Below, piece after piece: positions 1 to 11,970 of a stretch of DNA of 64,000 bases. The DNA comes from Octopus sinensis (Eukaryota). Within the stretch, counting starts at the first letter, position 1. Every line of letters begins with the position of its first letter. The DNA lies in assembly GCF_006345805.1 (NCBI RefSeq), contig NC_043000.1, forward strand, positions 4,278,001-4,342,000, in the 5' to 3' direction. The position numbers and the translations under genes were made by a program. The notes beneath the pieces are model-generated. The model saw nothing but the letters and a program-made list of their open reading frames with translations. It did not search any database and was not told the origin of the DNA.

Positions 1-1041
1 ATAACATTTCTAAATAAGTACCAATTAGAAAATATAAATATCATGTAAGGTATAATAATAACAATTTCTTAAACCTATAATAAAACCCTTAATTTTATAA
101 AAAGATTTGTTGGTAATAAAATTTTTGTTCCAGGAGGCGGTCAAAAAAGCCAGCTTCTATATATAGCTGAAGCAAGAAGATCAAAAATGGTTTGAAAGTC
201 ATAACATGCCGGCAAAAAATAACAGCTCTAGGTGAGACAAGCTGACACTGAATAAGCTTCTCTGATTGACAGGCGATGGTCTCGTTTAGAGAATGTGTAG
301 ACTAAGACTATGTGCCTTCATTGGTCAGTTAAAGTTGAGACAGTGTCGCGTGACAACTTGCTGGGGCTGCCTACTAGAGCCTAGCAGCAGGTATTTAAAG
401 GGAAAAAATTTGACAAGACAGTCAGTCGCCTGCTGACACTCGTTGACGCTACATCGAAGAGGCCAGGGAACAGAAGAAAGAAGAAGAAAGAAGACATGCA
501 CTCAACACCAGAGCTGAAGACACCTCCGAAAGGGGGGGGGAGCCCACCACGTCAAAACGGTTGAGGAGTAGGGACCGAAACCGGACGTGGTTCCTCCTGA
601 TGATGTCTTGAGCTAACTGAATCCTATAAAAGAGCTGTAGTAGTAGCAGAACACAAAACACGGTTGAAATTCCTCCACTTAATTATTTCTTTAGCTGACA
701 TTAAACACCAGTCTTTCATAGATATTATCATGACAAGTAAATATAATTTTTAGTCTAATATTTTGAATTATTAAATTTTTTCTAAAAATATCTTAGCTAT
801 TGATGTTAATAAGCTAAATATACCTTACCATAGTTTTGGTATATAAATAATTTTACCCCTTTTCTATAATGTTCTACAAATGATTATTTATTTTATTTTA
901 TTTTTAAAACTAGCTCTTATTTATTTATTTACAAAATTACTCTAAGTCTTATATCTCTATAAATTTCATACTCAGCTTATATGAAAACTATGCTGGTACA
1001 TTCACTATTTAAAATAAAAGAAATATGCTTAAACTAGAATT

Positions 1042-1382
1042 GTTAGTTAGTTAGTTAGTTATTAGTTAATTTTTTGGCTCAAAAAGCAAAAAGCAAGGCC
1101 ATGTAGAGGGACATGGAGTTATGTACAGGGTGGTGTTCATATAAAGAGTTCAGGCCACTTGTGGTCAAGGGAGACTTTGAACTGAGCGGTCGTCAGCATC
1201 TTCACCATCTCGTCCAGCAGCTTATTCCACGGATCCACAACCCAGACGGAGAAAGCCCCTCTCCTTTGATTGAGATGAAATCGTCACAGATAGAGCTTTT
1301 CGGAATGACCCCGCAGCCGACGCTCTGGAGCAGGAGTGAAGAACAGCTCTTTCAAGAGGTTACACTTTCCGCTTATGATGTT
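1042..1382 (-). mobile_element. 3' fragment of CR1-group LINE with (TAAC)n tail; same family as 27500-28583
   Basis: Reverse complement aligns by eye to 28245-28583 (RT C-terminus, 3'UTR and TAAC tail). Confidence 0.85.
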
Positions 1383-1818
1383 AATATTTAATATATAATT
1401 TTCAACATATTCTTTTAACTTAATTTTCCTTTATTAATACCAGTACATACCATTTAATCAATAGTTACAAATATATGTTTAGTTAGTATTTAAATATATA
1501 AATATTGAACTATCTCTATATTTTCTGTCCCTCTATTGTGTAAAATTTTGATATATACTGAAAGTATTCATAAATATTCTTCTTAGTATTCTTTAGATTA
1601 ACTCTAAAATTTATCTGTGTATATAGAAATAACATTGTTTTATAGTAGGTAAATGTACTACTATATGATAAGACTTCCTCTGTCCCATAAGCATTGGTCT
1701 ACTCAATAGCAGACAACATCTTGTTTGAAGTATCTTCTTACTCAACCAAATGGCTTTGCTTCAAAGAAATCTTGATTTATGACTATGCCACTTAAATTGT
1801 CTATCTACTTTGCCCTAT

Positions 1819-2192
1819 AGGCGCAGGAGTGGCTTCCTTGCCAACCACATGGTTCTGGGTTCAGTCCCACTGCATGGCACTTTGGGCAAGTGTCTTCTAC
1901 TATAGCTTCGGGCCGACCAAAGCCTTGTGACTGGATTTGGTAGACGGAAACTAAAAGAGGCCCATCATATATATATGTGTGTGTGTGTGTGGTGTGTGTG
2001 TGTGTGAGTGTGTGTTTGTCCCCTAACATCGCTTGACAACCGATGCTGGTGTGTTCGGCATAAGAGACCGATAGAATAAGTGCTAGGCTTACAAAGATTA
2101 AGTCCTGGGGTCGATTTGCTCGACTAAAGGCAGTGCTCCAGTATGGCCAGTCAAATGACTGAAACAAGTAAAAGAGTAAAAGAGTAAAGAGT
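1819..2192 (+). mobile_element. tRNA-derived SINE, family A (internal TA/TG tract, AAGAGT tail)
   Basis: B-box-like GGTTCAGTCCC and a body shared with >10 copies in the window; resembles Octopus tRNA-SINEs (recall). Confidence 0.85.
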
Positions 2193-2607
2193 ACTCCAAA
2201 ATGATACTACACTCTGTCTTCTCTCAGATTTGATAAACTAGCCAATAAATGAAAACTGAGCTCCCACCCCCACCCCATAATTAAACCTAAATAATAGAAA
2301 TAATCAGTGAAAAGCAGTGTCTTTTTTTGAAAAATTTCAGTTCCAACTTTGATATTGTTGGTAAAACATATTCTTTGTCTATCTCCTTATCCTCTTGGTG
2401 ATTTTGGATAAAATTATACTAATGAGTCCTTCAAATTTAATTAAATTCTATATTTTTGTGCAGCTGAAGATTGCTCTACATTTTAAATTGATGTAATGAT
2501 TGCATTGTTCAATTAAATGGAGTCGCATGAAACGATCGTACTGCATTACCTCTGGATATCCTTGTTGCTTATTTTGATTATATATATATATATATATATA
2601 TTATATG

Positions 2608-2806
2608 CCTCGACTGGCTTCTGTGCCGGTGGCACATAAAAAGCACCCACTACACTCGCGGAGTGGTTGGCGTTAGGAAGGGCATCCAGCTGTAGAAACA
2701 CTGCCAGATCAGACTGGAGCCTGGAGCAGCCCCTGGCTCCCCAGACCCCGGTCAAACCGTCCAACCCGTGCTAGCGCGGAAAACGGACGTTAAACAATGA
2801 TGATGA

Positions 2807-2809
<3 letters not shown>
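2608..2809 (+). mobile_element. Retroposon 3' end with (GAT)n tail, family B (probably RTE 3'UTR or its SINE partner)
   Basis: GGCGTTAGGAAGGGCATCC...ACGGACGTTAAAC(GAT)n; about 9 copies in the window. Confidence 0.75.
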
Positions 2810-2843
<34 letters not shown>

Positions 2844-2844
2844 A

Positions 2845-3104
2845 AGCATTTGTGTGTCTGTGTTTCTCCCCCACCATCGCTTGACAACCGATGCTGGCAT
2901 GTTTACATCCCTGTAACTTAGCAGTTCGGTAAAAGAGACTGATAGAATAAGTACTAGGCTTACAAAGAATAAGACCTGGGGTCGATTTGTTCGATTAAAG
3001 GCAGTGCTCCAGCATGGCCACAGTCAAATGACTGAAACAAGTAAAAGAATAAAAGAATATATGTGTGTATGTATAATATATATATATATGTATATATATA
3101 TATA

Positions 3105-3158
<54 letters not shown>

Positions 3159-3424
3159 AGAATTCACAAAAAAACAAAAGACGAAGACAGGTGGTGTAGA
3201 CAACAAACAGATGTATTAGTATATATACAGATATATAAATAGATAGATAGATATATATACAACAGTTTTCTTTCAGTTCTCATCTACCAAATCCACTCAC
3301 AAGTGTTTGTTCAGCTTGAGACTATAGTAGAAGACACTTGCCAAAAGTTCCACACAGTGGGACTGAACCCGGAATGATGTGGTTGGGAAGCAAGCTTCTT
3401 ACCACTCTGTCATGCCTGCACCTG
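2845..3424. mobile_element. SINE family A fragments: 3' half on + (2845-3059), 5' half on - (3252-3424)
   Basis: Direct similarity to the full copy at 15000-15423. Confidence 0.75.
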
Positions 3425-3851
3425 TTTATTTGCCTAGCTTCATAACTTCACATAGAAAATATTTTCTATTTCTCCATTCTAAGATCTATATTCTTAGTTA
3501 TTTGTCAGACTTCATTTTATAAGATACAAACCTCGGTTATGGCTGACATTGTCAGGGTTCTCTCCAGTAATGTAAACATTCTTTTAAAGAGAAATAAACT
3601 TTCCATCATAAATGCCTTTCCTATTCTTTCTATTTTCTCATAGAGTCATTTTAAAGAAGAGTTTCTGGGTTTTTGGCATTGAAATGTTTTCCAAGTAATT
3701 CAGTTCTGTTCTTTTCACTATACAGAAAATTTCAGTGTAATTTCCTTGTTCTTTCAAAGTGCCCACTCGTTTAGTTTACAAGTGCAGATATTTCAGTGAG
3801 TAATAGGATGCCAATACAAAGCTTTCAGATGTGGATTTGCAATCCAAGTTG

Positions 3852-3885
<34 letters not shown>

Positions 3886-4259
3886 TATATTTTTATATCA
3901 TTTATCATATAGATACGACAAGAGAAGCCATCTATATTCTCAAGACTAAAGTAAGCTTTCAACACTGACTGAACAACAAACAGTGTCAGAAATTCAGGTT
4001 ACCATCTCATGTCCATTTTGCAAAAGTATACAACAGTCAGTTGTGTAGTGTGGGGGGTGTGCAAAGTGTGCAAGCCATTTTATACATGTATATGGAGGAG
4101 GAAAGATCTTCTTTAGTACTTGGTTGTACAATGCTTTCCAATGTGTGTAGTAGTGGCACGCGCACACATTATTAGCCATTTGAAAAGACTATGGAATTTA
4201 CAATTAACTGCACCAGGGTTCCTCTTCCCCAGGGAACCAGACCTAATGGTATACCTGCG

Positions 4260-4553
4260 GATGTAGGTCCAACCCCTGCTTTGCCGGGTCCTGTCTCTGA
4301 TCACGTTGCACCTCCAAGGGCATCCATTGACGGTGATGCCCTCAATCTTAACAGACGGGTATCACCTGATGGAGAAGAGTCAGCTCCCAACCAAACAACA
4401 CCAAACAAACACCCACTCTCCTACCCTGATGTAATCTCCAGGGATACAGGCATCCAGCAACAGGACCTCCGTAATGCCATGATGGACCGTGAAGTCTGGT
4501 GTAGCATGGTAAATTCCATTGTCTCGATCACGGTCGAACAATGATAATGATGA
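4260..4553 (+). mobile_element. 3' fragment of RTE-like LINE
   Basis: LSYPDVISRDTGIQQQDLRNAMMDREVW resembles the RTE ORF C-terminus; followed by a short (GAT)n tail. Confidence 0.55.
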
Positions 4554-4816
4554 CATGTATATTTAACGCAGTCAAACATACATTAGATTTAAGGAAGTGA
4601 GTAACCAATTTTGTTGTTACACAAGGAAGTCAAAATCCATGCCAAGGATGTAATGAGGACAATGTAATGAGGAAGAAATCACACAACACAAGGTTGTAAG
4701 GAAAATAGACAGCGAGGATTTATAAAATAATTTGGATAGTCCCAAATCTATAGTGGTTCTTAGACATTTTGGGGTCTATTTCTAGCAGACTGGTGTTGTA
4801 ATCATTCAACACCCTT

Positions 4817-4861
<45 letters not shown>

Positions 4862-4865
4862 ATAG

Positions 4866-5193
4866 AATTAGAAAAAAAATCCACCTTTTATCAATTCAAA
4901 ATGAACAATTAAATTACACCATCTAGAAAATTACATATAATAGAAATATTAAAATTAAAATAACAATAAAATGTCAATGATTAAGTAAATTGCAAAAAAA
5001 TAATAAAAACATATATAATTGGTTTATACCAATTATATACGTTTTTATTATTTTTTATTATTTTTTTGCAATTTACTTAATCATTGACATTTTATTGTTA
5101 TTTTAATTTTAATATTTCTATTATATGTAATTTTCTAGATGGTGTGATTTAATTGTTCATTTTGAATTGATAAAAGGTGGGTTTTTTCTAATT
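4866..5193. repeat. Near-perfect AT-rich palindrome (~160-bp arms, 4-nt loop at 5024-5027)
   Basis: Arms are reverse complements by inspection, with a short insertion in the right arm. Confidence 0.9.
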
Positions 5194-6390
5194 TTTTATA
5201 TATATATTATATTGTGTGAAATTTGATTTAGTATTTCTAAATTGAATTTTTTTCCTTGTAAGTTTGGATTTTATTCCCTCAAATAATAATAATTATTATT
5301 ATATATATATATATATGTATGTATATATATATATACATACTTTATTTAAAGCAGCAGAAAATTCAACAAAATCTGTTACTCTGAGTTTCTCGTTACCGTT
5401 CATCGTTTTTGTTAGAATGGAACCGATATATCAATTCAATCCAGACTCTTACAAACGCTACACCTTTAAAAAATGGACTTGTTTGATTGGCCCTTTAGAA
5501 ATAACGCTCAATCTTCGAGCGATAAACAAAAAATGAGCTCAAAAATATATATGTATATATATATATATATAAAAAAATTATAAAAATTATGAAATTCACG
5601 GAAAAACCTTACATTGAATAAAATACATATTGGCGTTAATGAAGGAAATATAATTAATACATGGAAATTAAAATGCATTATAAATAATAAATAATATTCA
5701 TATTAAAGTGTACATATATATATCAACATACACAGAAGGATGCGTGCAAACGCCATACATATACAGACGTATAAATATAAATATAAAATAAACACACAGA
5801 TGCATGCATACATATGTATACGCAATCTATCTCGCACGCAAGTTAAAATCATGGATGCTAATGTAACGTTCCTTATTTACGGAGCAAAGCTTGAGGGGGA
5901 TGTAAAGTTGTATGCACCAGTATCATATAGAAAAAAGCGAAAGAAAGGAAGAGAGAGAAAAAGGAACGAAGAAGGGGGAAGGAAAAAAGAAAAAGGGAGG
6001 GGTGGGGAAAAAACGAAATAAGAAAAATTATGTATGCTAGCATGGAGAAAGGACGTTAAACGATGATGATGATGATGATGATGATATATATATATATATA
6101 TCATTACCAGTTTTGTATTATTTTACTGTTATTAGATTGAATTAAATGAATTTAAATGCCATAGTCATGACCGAAGGGAGTCTCTCATATTGTGCACTCT
6201 CTCACAAGTAGTCATATTGTGTTATGCTAAAAAGTGGTGCATGGTACCAGAATTTATGACTCGAGTTAAATATGATGAACCATTGCAAATTGTTAAAGTA
6301 TCCACATAAGTGGAATTAAGACCTGCTAGTTTGAATTGACATTCAGTCGTATTAGTTGTAATAATGAAGTCAAGACAAAAAGTGATATCT

Positions 6391-6608
6391 TCAAATCATT
6401 TCATATTTACATTTCAGGTTTGTGTAATAACTGTTAGGAAATGCATCCATTACATAAATCTTCCTCAGTTAAAGCATTTTAATAAATGTAGAATATATCC
6501 CATCAATTTCTTCAAATTTTTGAAATTCTTTAACTGAGGAAGGTTTACGTAATGGGAGCATTTCTTATATATTACACAAACCTGAAACGTACATACTAAA
6601 TGACTTGA
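6391..6608. repeat. Imperfect fold-back (MITE-like)
   Basis: TTTCAGGTTTGTGTAATA...CTTCCTCAGTTAAAG pairs with CTTTAACTGAGGAAG...TATTACACAAACCTGAAA. Confidence 0.75.
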
Positions 6609-6846
6609 AAATAACATTATCTGGTTTGACTTCATTCTTACAACTACACACATATATATATATATATCTATCTATCTATCTATCTATCTATATATATATA
6701 TATCTATCTATCTATCTATCTATATATATATATATATATCTATATATCTATCTATCTATATATATATATATATCTATCTATCTATCTATCTATATATATA
6801 TATATGTGTATGTGTATATATATATATGTATGTATGTACATATATA

Positions 6847-7200
6847 CAGGGTGTTCCAAAATAAGGCAACCAACTTTTTTCAATTTTGCCAAAGCAAGAT
6901 GTTGGTATATTTCAGGGTCCAAGCATTGCAATGCAATGGTAAAAGAAACACAATTATGACATTACCACATTTATTCAATACGACCACCTTTATTTCGAAT
7001 CACGGCCTTAAGTCTAGGTGAGAATACTTCACACATAGCACACAACTGTTCTTGTAGAATTGAAGCTCATTTCTGGCACAGTTTTGCATTTAGATTGTCA
7101 AACAAAGCATGAGGAATACCCAAGACCCACGTCTCTAGAAATGAACCAAACTGAAAAATCCAATGGGTTGAGGTCAGAGCTTTTTGTAGATAAGGCCAAA
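6847..7200 (-). mobile_element. Tc1/mariner-superfamily (maT/DD37D-like) 3' remnant with TIR
   Basis: TA|CAGGGTGTTCC terminus; the minus strand reads KSSDLNPLDFSVW (SPDLNPLD motif). Confidence 0.65.
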
Positions 7201-7234
7201 GAGATCTTGATAGATCATTTATCAAGATATCCTT

Positions 7235-7318
7235 GACCTGAAGAGTAACCTGCGGTATACACATCACTTGGATATTTACCACTTCTGAGGTTCCACTGGC
7301 TACGAAACATATGTTGCC
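7235..7318 (+). ncRNA. Minimal type I hammerhead ribozyme motif (PLE-derived); second, degenerate copy at 7849-7932
   Basis: CTGAAGA(7238-44), stem II GTAACC/GGCTAC, GAAAC-ATAT-GTT(7304-15); stem I poorly paired. Confidence 0.6.
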
Positions 7319-7560
7319 CGGATTTTATCTACTCCATTCCTTAACTGTTGAACCTTTATTCACATACCCAGCAACTCTGGTTGCCTACCATGAAATATAA
7401 AAAGAATCTTTTTTCCGTTTATCGTACTTTGATAAGAAAGAAATCCACAACCTTCTGTCTCAATAAGCCATATTGTCTCTGAAAGTCGTTTTTTGTATTT
7501 AATACATATTGCTTGAAGCTAACTTTCTTCCTACACCTTGATCCTTGGATCTTATATATA

Positions 7561-7747
7561 TATCATCATCATCATCATCATCCTCATCATCATTGTTTAA
7601 CGTCCGTTTTCCATGCTAGCATGGGTTGGACGGTTTGACCAGGGTCTGGGAAGCCAGGAGGCTGCACCATGCTGATCTGGCAATGTTTCTATAGCTTGAT
7701 GCCCTTCCTAATGCCAACCACTCCGTGAGTGTAGTGGGTGCCTTTTA
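7561..7747 (-). mobile_element. Family B retroposon 3' end
   Basis: (CAT)n followed by GTTTAACGTCCG...GATGCCCTTCCTAATGCCAACC. Confidence 0.75.
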
Positions 7748-7993
7748 CACACACACACACACACGCATAAATATCCAAGCAAGGTGTACACTGCAGGCTA
7801 CTCTTCAGGTGAAGGATATCTTGATAAATGATTTATCAAAATATGCTTGACTTGAAGAGTAGTCAGTAGTACACATCCTGCTTGGATATTTACCACATCT
7901 GAGCTTTTTCTTGCTATGAAACATATGTAGCCCAGATCTTATCTACTCCAGTCCTTTTGGTTGATGCCAGTGTTGCATAACTGGCCCATTTAA

Positions 7994-8213
7994 CCCTTCT
8001 GTTACCATATTCTGTTGAGATACTCTGTGTTTCTTTCAATTACTTTAAATATTACAAAGAATTTAGTAAAATAACTTAGTTATCATTAAGCTAGTGTTAC
8101 AAACATAAATTGTGACTAAGGTTTGGTGAAAGATTTTAATTCAGAACTTATGAAAACAAGACATTTGTACTACAGAGCCAGAGCCGGTTTCAGCAGGGTT
8201 GGTAATGAAAGGG
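7994..8213. mobile_element. piggyBac-like MITE
   Basis: TTAA|CCCTTCTGTTACC ... GGTAATGAAAGGG|TTAA: TTAA TSD and CCC/GGG TIRs. Confidence 0.8.
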
Positions 8214-8401
8214 TTAAAGCACCCTTCAATCATTGGGCGATATGCTGTACTTGTGAAGACCTGCTGGACTGAGTGAAATCATAGTCATGGCTGATGCCAA
8301 TGCTGTCTGACTGGCACCAATGCCAGTGGCATGTATAAAGCACCATTTGAGCAATGGGCCTCATGGAGGCAGTGAAAGGTTAACCTGTTAAGCCAAGTGA
8401 A

Positions 8402-8543
8402 AACACATGGCTATGGCTCTCCTTCACTACTCCTCATGATCAGGGATGCATATATTGTCAGCCACTAAGGGACATGCTCAAGCGGTTAAGGTCAGGCAAC
8501 TGACAAGCAAATCTGTGGTATTGAGCAGAATATTTGTTATGGC
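8402..8543 (+). mobile_element. Fragment of the non-coding repeat at 42141-42696
   Basis: AACACATGGCTATG...GCAAATCTGTGGTATTGAGCA matches 42452-42590. Confidence 0.75.
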
Positions 8544-9082
8544 AATATTTCTGTTTCAGCAACTTAGAGCTGAATTGGTCTGAAGTGTTATGGAAAGTAG
8601 GTCAGTTTCAAAGCATTGATGTTAATGTTGCAAAAGCAAAGTTTGAAGGGGATAGTAGCCGTTTCCTTTGATTTTTAGATGGAAGCAAATAGGAAATAAC
8701 ACTTACTGACCCAAAACAACAAAAAATAAAAATTCTGTCACACAGTGTAATAAATTACATTTAAATGCTTGCTTGGTGTTGTCTAGTTATTATACACAGC
8801 TTTCAGCAAACTAACCAACGATTCATTCCAGCAATATTGGCACACACACAACCAGGGAACACAAGCAATAAGACAGAAAATAATCAGTCAATCTGCTTGA
8901 AATAGCAGCCAAATCTCCCTCAACTCATACATTGCTGTTTAAAAAAACAGGAATCTCAACTTAAGATATTATGATTCTAGTTGCAGTTTATCTTACTAAG
9001 ACAGGATGGTCATCACCGGAACATATTAAGTTATTGGTTTGCTAGAACAGGGCCGACCAGGGACTAAATAACAATAACAACA

Positions 9083-9360
9083 ACATTATTTACATTTGAC
9101 AGATATTCGTCCCCATGCTGTTTGTTGTTAACACAACGTTTCAGTTCGTATACCCTCCAGCCTTCTTCAGGTGTCTTGGGGAAATTTCGAACCCGGGTTC
9201 TCATTCCTAAGACGACATCGTTGTTATCGTCATCGTCATCATTGTTGTCATCATCATTGTCATCGTCATCATCATCATCATCGTCGTCATCGTCATCATC
9301 ATCATCATCATCGTCATCGTCATCATCGTCATCATCGTCATCATCGTCGTCATCGTCGTC

Positions 9361-9391
<31 letters not shown>

Positions 9392-9557
9392 TCACCATCA
9401 TCATCATCACCATCATCATCATCACCATCATCATCATCTTCATCATCACCATCATCATCTTCATCATCACCATCAACACCATCATCACCATCGCTTGGAA
9501 TCAAACTTGGAATCTTGGGGTTAGTAGCCCGTGCTCTTAACCACTACGCCATATGCC
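9083..9557 (-). mobile_element. tRNA-headed SINE (family E) with internal (GAT/GAC)n expansion and 3' hammerhead module
   Basis: Minus strand: A box TGGCGTAGTGG, anticodon-like GGG-CTACTAA-CCC, B-box-like AGTTTGATTCC, microsatellite, then GACAC-CTGAAGA...GAAACGTT-GTGTT. Homologous to 40367-40658. Confidence 0.8.
9130..9175 (-). ncRNA. Minimal type I hammerhead motif inside SINE E
   Basis: Stem I GACAC/GTGTT, core CTGAAGA, GAAA, palindromic AACGTT stem III with GUU cleavage triplet; stem II weakened. Confidence 0.6.
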
Positions 9558-10357
9558 TGTGGGCAATTATGGAGTGAATTTTAGGGCTTATAAATCTAAT
9601 ATTTTCCTATCCTTCCTTAATACCAGTTCCCATATGCTGCTCATATCTGCACTTGGTCTTCTTAAGAGATTGTTCTTAAATATAGAACAATAACAACAAC
9701 GGTATAATATCTGAGCCAATAAAGGAGACTCTGCAACTTGCTAGGAATAGCTGTCAAATTCCCTCAAATCCCTTAATACTCTCTTTAAAAAAGTATACAT
9801 TTGGATAACATAATCCAAATGATATAAAAGAGATAGGAAGGGCATAGATTTGCTCAAACAGCATCCCTATTAATAACCATGGGGTCAGAAGTTGATCAAT
9901 ATTCTAATCACGCAGCTATTACACTTCATTATATTTGACAATTATTCAAAAAAAAATATCTGCATCCTTGGCACCACCCAGCTGTCACCATCACCATCAC
10001 TTTCATCATCATCATCATCATCATCATCGGAACCATTGTCATGTTTGCCATCATCATCATCATCATCAACTCATCATCAACATCATCATTGTTATCGTCA
10101 TCATCATCATCATAGTCATCGACATAATTTTCATCAAACCAACCAACACCACCACCACCACCACAAACAAAGGCACTCATGTCAGCATTGCCATTATTGT
10201 TGTCCTCATCATCATCATCATCATCATCGGAAACATCTTCATCATCATTATTACTCTTAATGTTTACCATTAAAATTTCCATTCTCGCAGACAATTCTCA
10301 GATATCATCAAAACCAGTTAAACAATATTAAACATTAGTTTCAGTGCCAGAGGTGCC

Positions 10358-10400
<43 letters not shown>

Positions 10401-10876
10401 TTGTGTGTTTACAAGCCTGTATATGTGTGCATGTGCGTACATGCACGTGTGTGTATGTGTCTGTGTATCTGTGTTTACATACGTGTGTGGTGTGGTGTGG
10501 CTTGGTGTGGTGTGGTAGTGGTGGTGTGTGTGTGTGTGTGTGTGCATGTCTGAAAAGGAAAACCATTTTAATTGAGAAGTTATGAAATAACACAAACTCA
10601 GTTTTTCTTTTTTTATATGTAACAACATTAATGGTCGTCTAAAGTAGAGAGTTATGGGTTGGTACATCATGTCGGTTGAATGGCTTTCTCCTGGCTTCTT
10701 CTCTATAAAGAATGTCTGGGAGAACTTTTGTTAAAGTCAAGTAAATATAAAGATTGTCTAAAAAAATATATAAACTAATAGTTGTTGTTCATGTACCTTG
10801 CTTTCATGTACCTGGTGGCATGTACCTTGCTTTAACTCATTGTTTTCGGTGCCCTACATAGTCGTGAGCAAACGTA

Positions 10877-11846
10877 TGAGGCTATATAAAAAAAAGTTCC
10901 CAGACTAGTTCTGTAGCATCCCAACAGATGGCAGCACATAGTTATCTAAACAGTGAAAGCTAGCAGTGGCCTTCATGAGGCGATGTGCCGAGTGACATCA
11001 CTGTTTACTTCACAAATTGTGAAATTTGTGTTTTCGTAATCATGTGTATGCTGTAGTCTGTGATTTGGTCATGGACAAAGAACTGGATTCTTCGCCAAGC
11101 TCTCCTCACTTGTGGTATTACTCGTGGTATTACTTCGTGGTATTAAGGTGGTGAGCTGGCAGAATCGTTAGCACGTCGGGTGAAATGCTTAGCGGTATTT
11201 CGTCTACCTCTATGTTCTGAGTTCAAATTCCGCCGAGGTCGACTTTGCCTTTCATCCTTTCGGGGTCGATTAAATAAGTACCAGTTACGCACTGGGGTCA
11301 ATATAATCGACTTAATCCGTTTGTCTGTCCTTGTTTGTCCTCCCTGTGTTTAGCCCCTCGTGGATAGTAAAGAAATAGGTATTTCGTCTGCTGTTACATT
11401 CTGAGTTCAAATTCCACTGAGGTCGACTTTGCCTTTCATCCTTTCGGGGTCGATAAATAAGTACCAGTTACGCACTGGGGTCAATATAATCGACTTAATC
11501 CGTTTGTCTGTTCTTGTTTGTCCTCTCTGTGTTTAGCCCCTTGTGGGTAGTAAAGAAACAGGTATTACTTCTGCATCTGCCCTATATGCCAGATTTAGCA
11601 CCTTTAGACTTCCATCTTTTCCTCAAGATGAAAAGACAGCTCAAAGGTTACCATTTTAACACTCTTTTTGAGATCCAGATCAAATTACAGAAGGTTCTTG
11701 ACTGGATTCCAAAAGTGGCAGGAATGCTAGGACCAGGGCATTGCTGCACAAGGTGACTATTTCGAAGGAATTGATGTTAAAAATTAGGTAAATAAGTTAT
11801 TTTTTATTAAGCATAACTAGTCTTGGAACCTTTTGATACAACCTCA
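10877..11846 (+). mobile_element. Internally deleted mariner with TIRs and TA TSD, interrupted by a SINE
   Basis: TA|TGAGG...AAGTTCC and GGAACC...CCTCA|TA; PYMPDLAPLDFHLFLKMKRQLKG is the DD34D C-terminal motif. Confidence 0.75.
11144..11556 (+). mobile_element. tRNA-derived SINE (family C) with tandemly duplicated 3' part
   Basis: GAGCTGGCAGAATCG...GAGTTCAAATTCC; the ~180-bp 3' block is repeated (11195-11377 / 11378-11556). Confidence 0.75.
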
Positions 11847-11970
11847 TAGATACCATCATGGGTATCCCACCCTTGTCTTAGCAGAATATTGAGGAGAGGT
11901 GCAGGTGTGACTGTGTGGTGGTGTCATAAGAAACTTACTTCTCAACCACATAGTTCTGGGTTCAGTCCCA

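Noticed and set aside
7340-7520. KYKKRLSETIWLI, resembling a GIY-YIG C-terminal motif
   Set aside because: A single short motif with surrounding stops, oriented opposite to the adjacent HHR; insufficient support.
9490-9557. Bona fide tRNA genes at SINE heads
   Set aside because: Acceptor stems and T-arms are incomplete and each head is fused to a repeat body, so they are treated as SINE heads.
9064-10670. Poly-D/S/H/M and HT/CV ORFs
   Set aside because: They are translations of (GAT)n, (CAT)n and (TG)n microsatellites, one of them inside a SINE; no domain or splice support.
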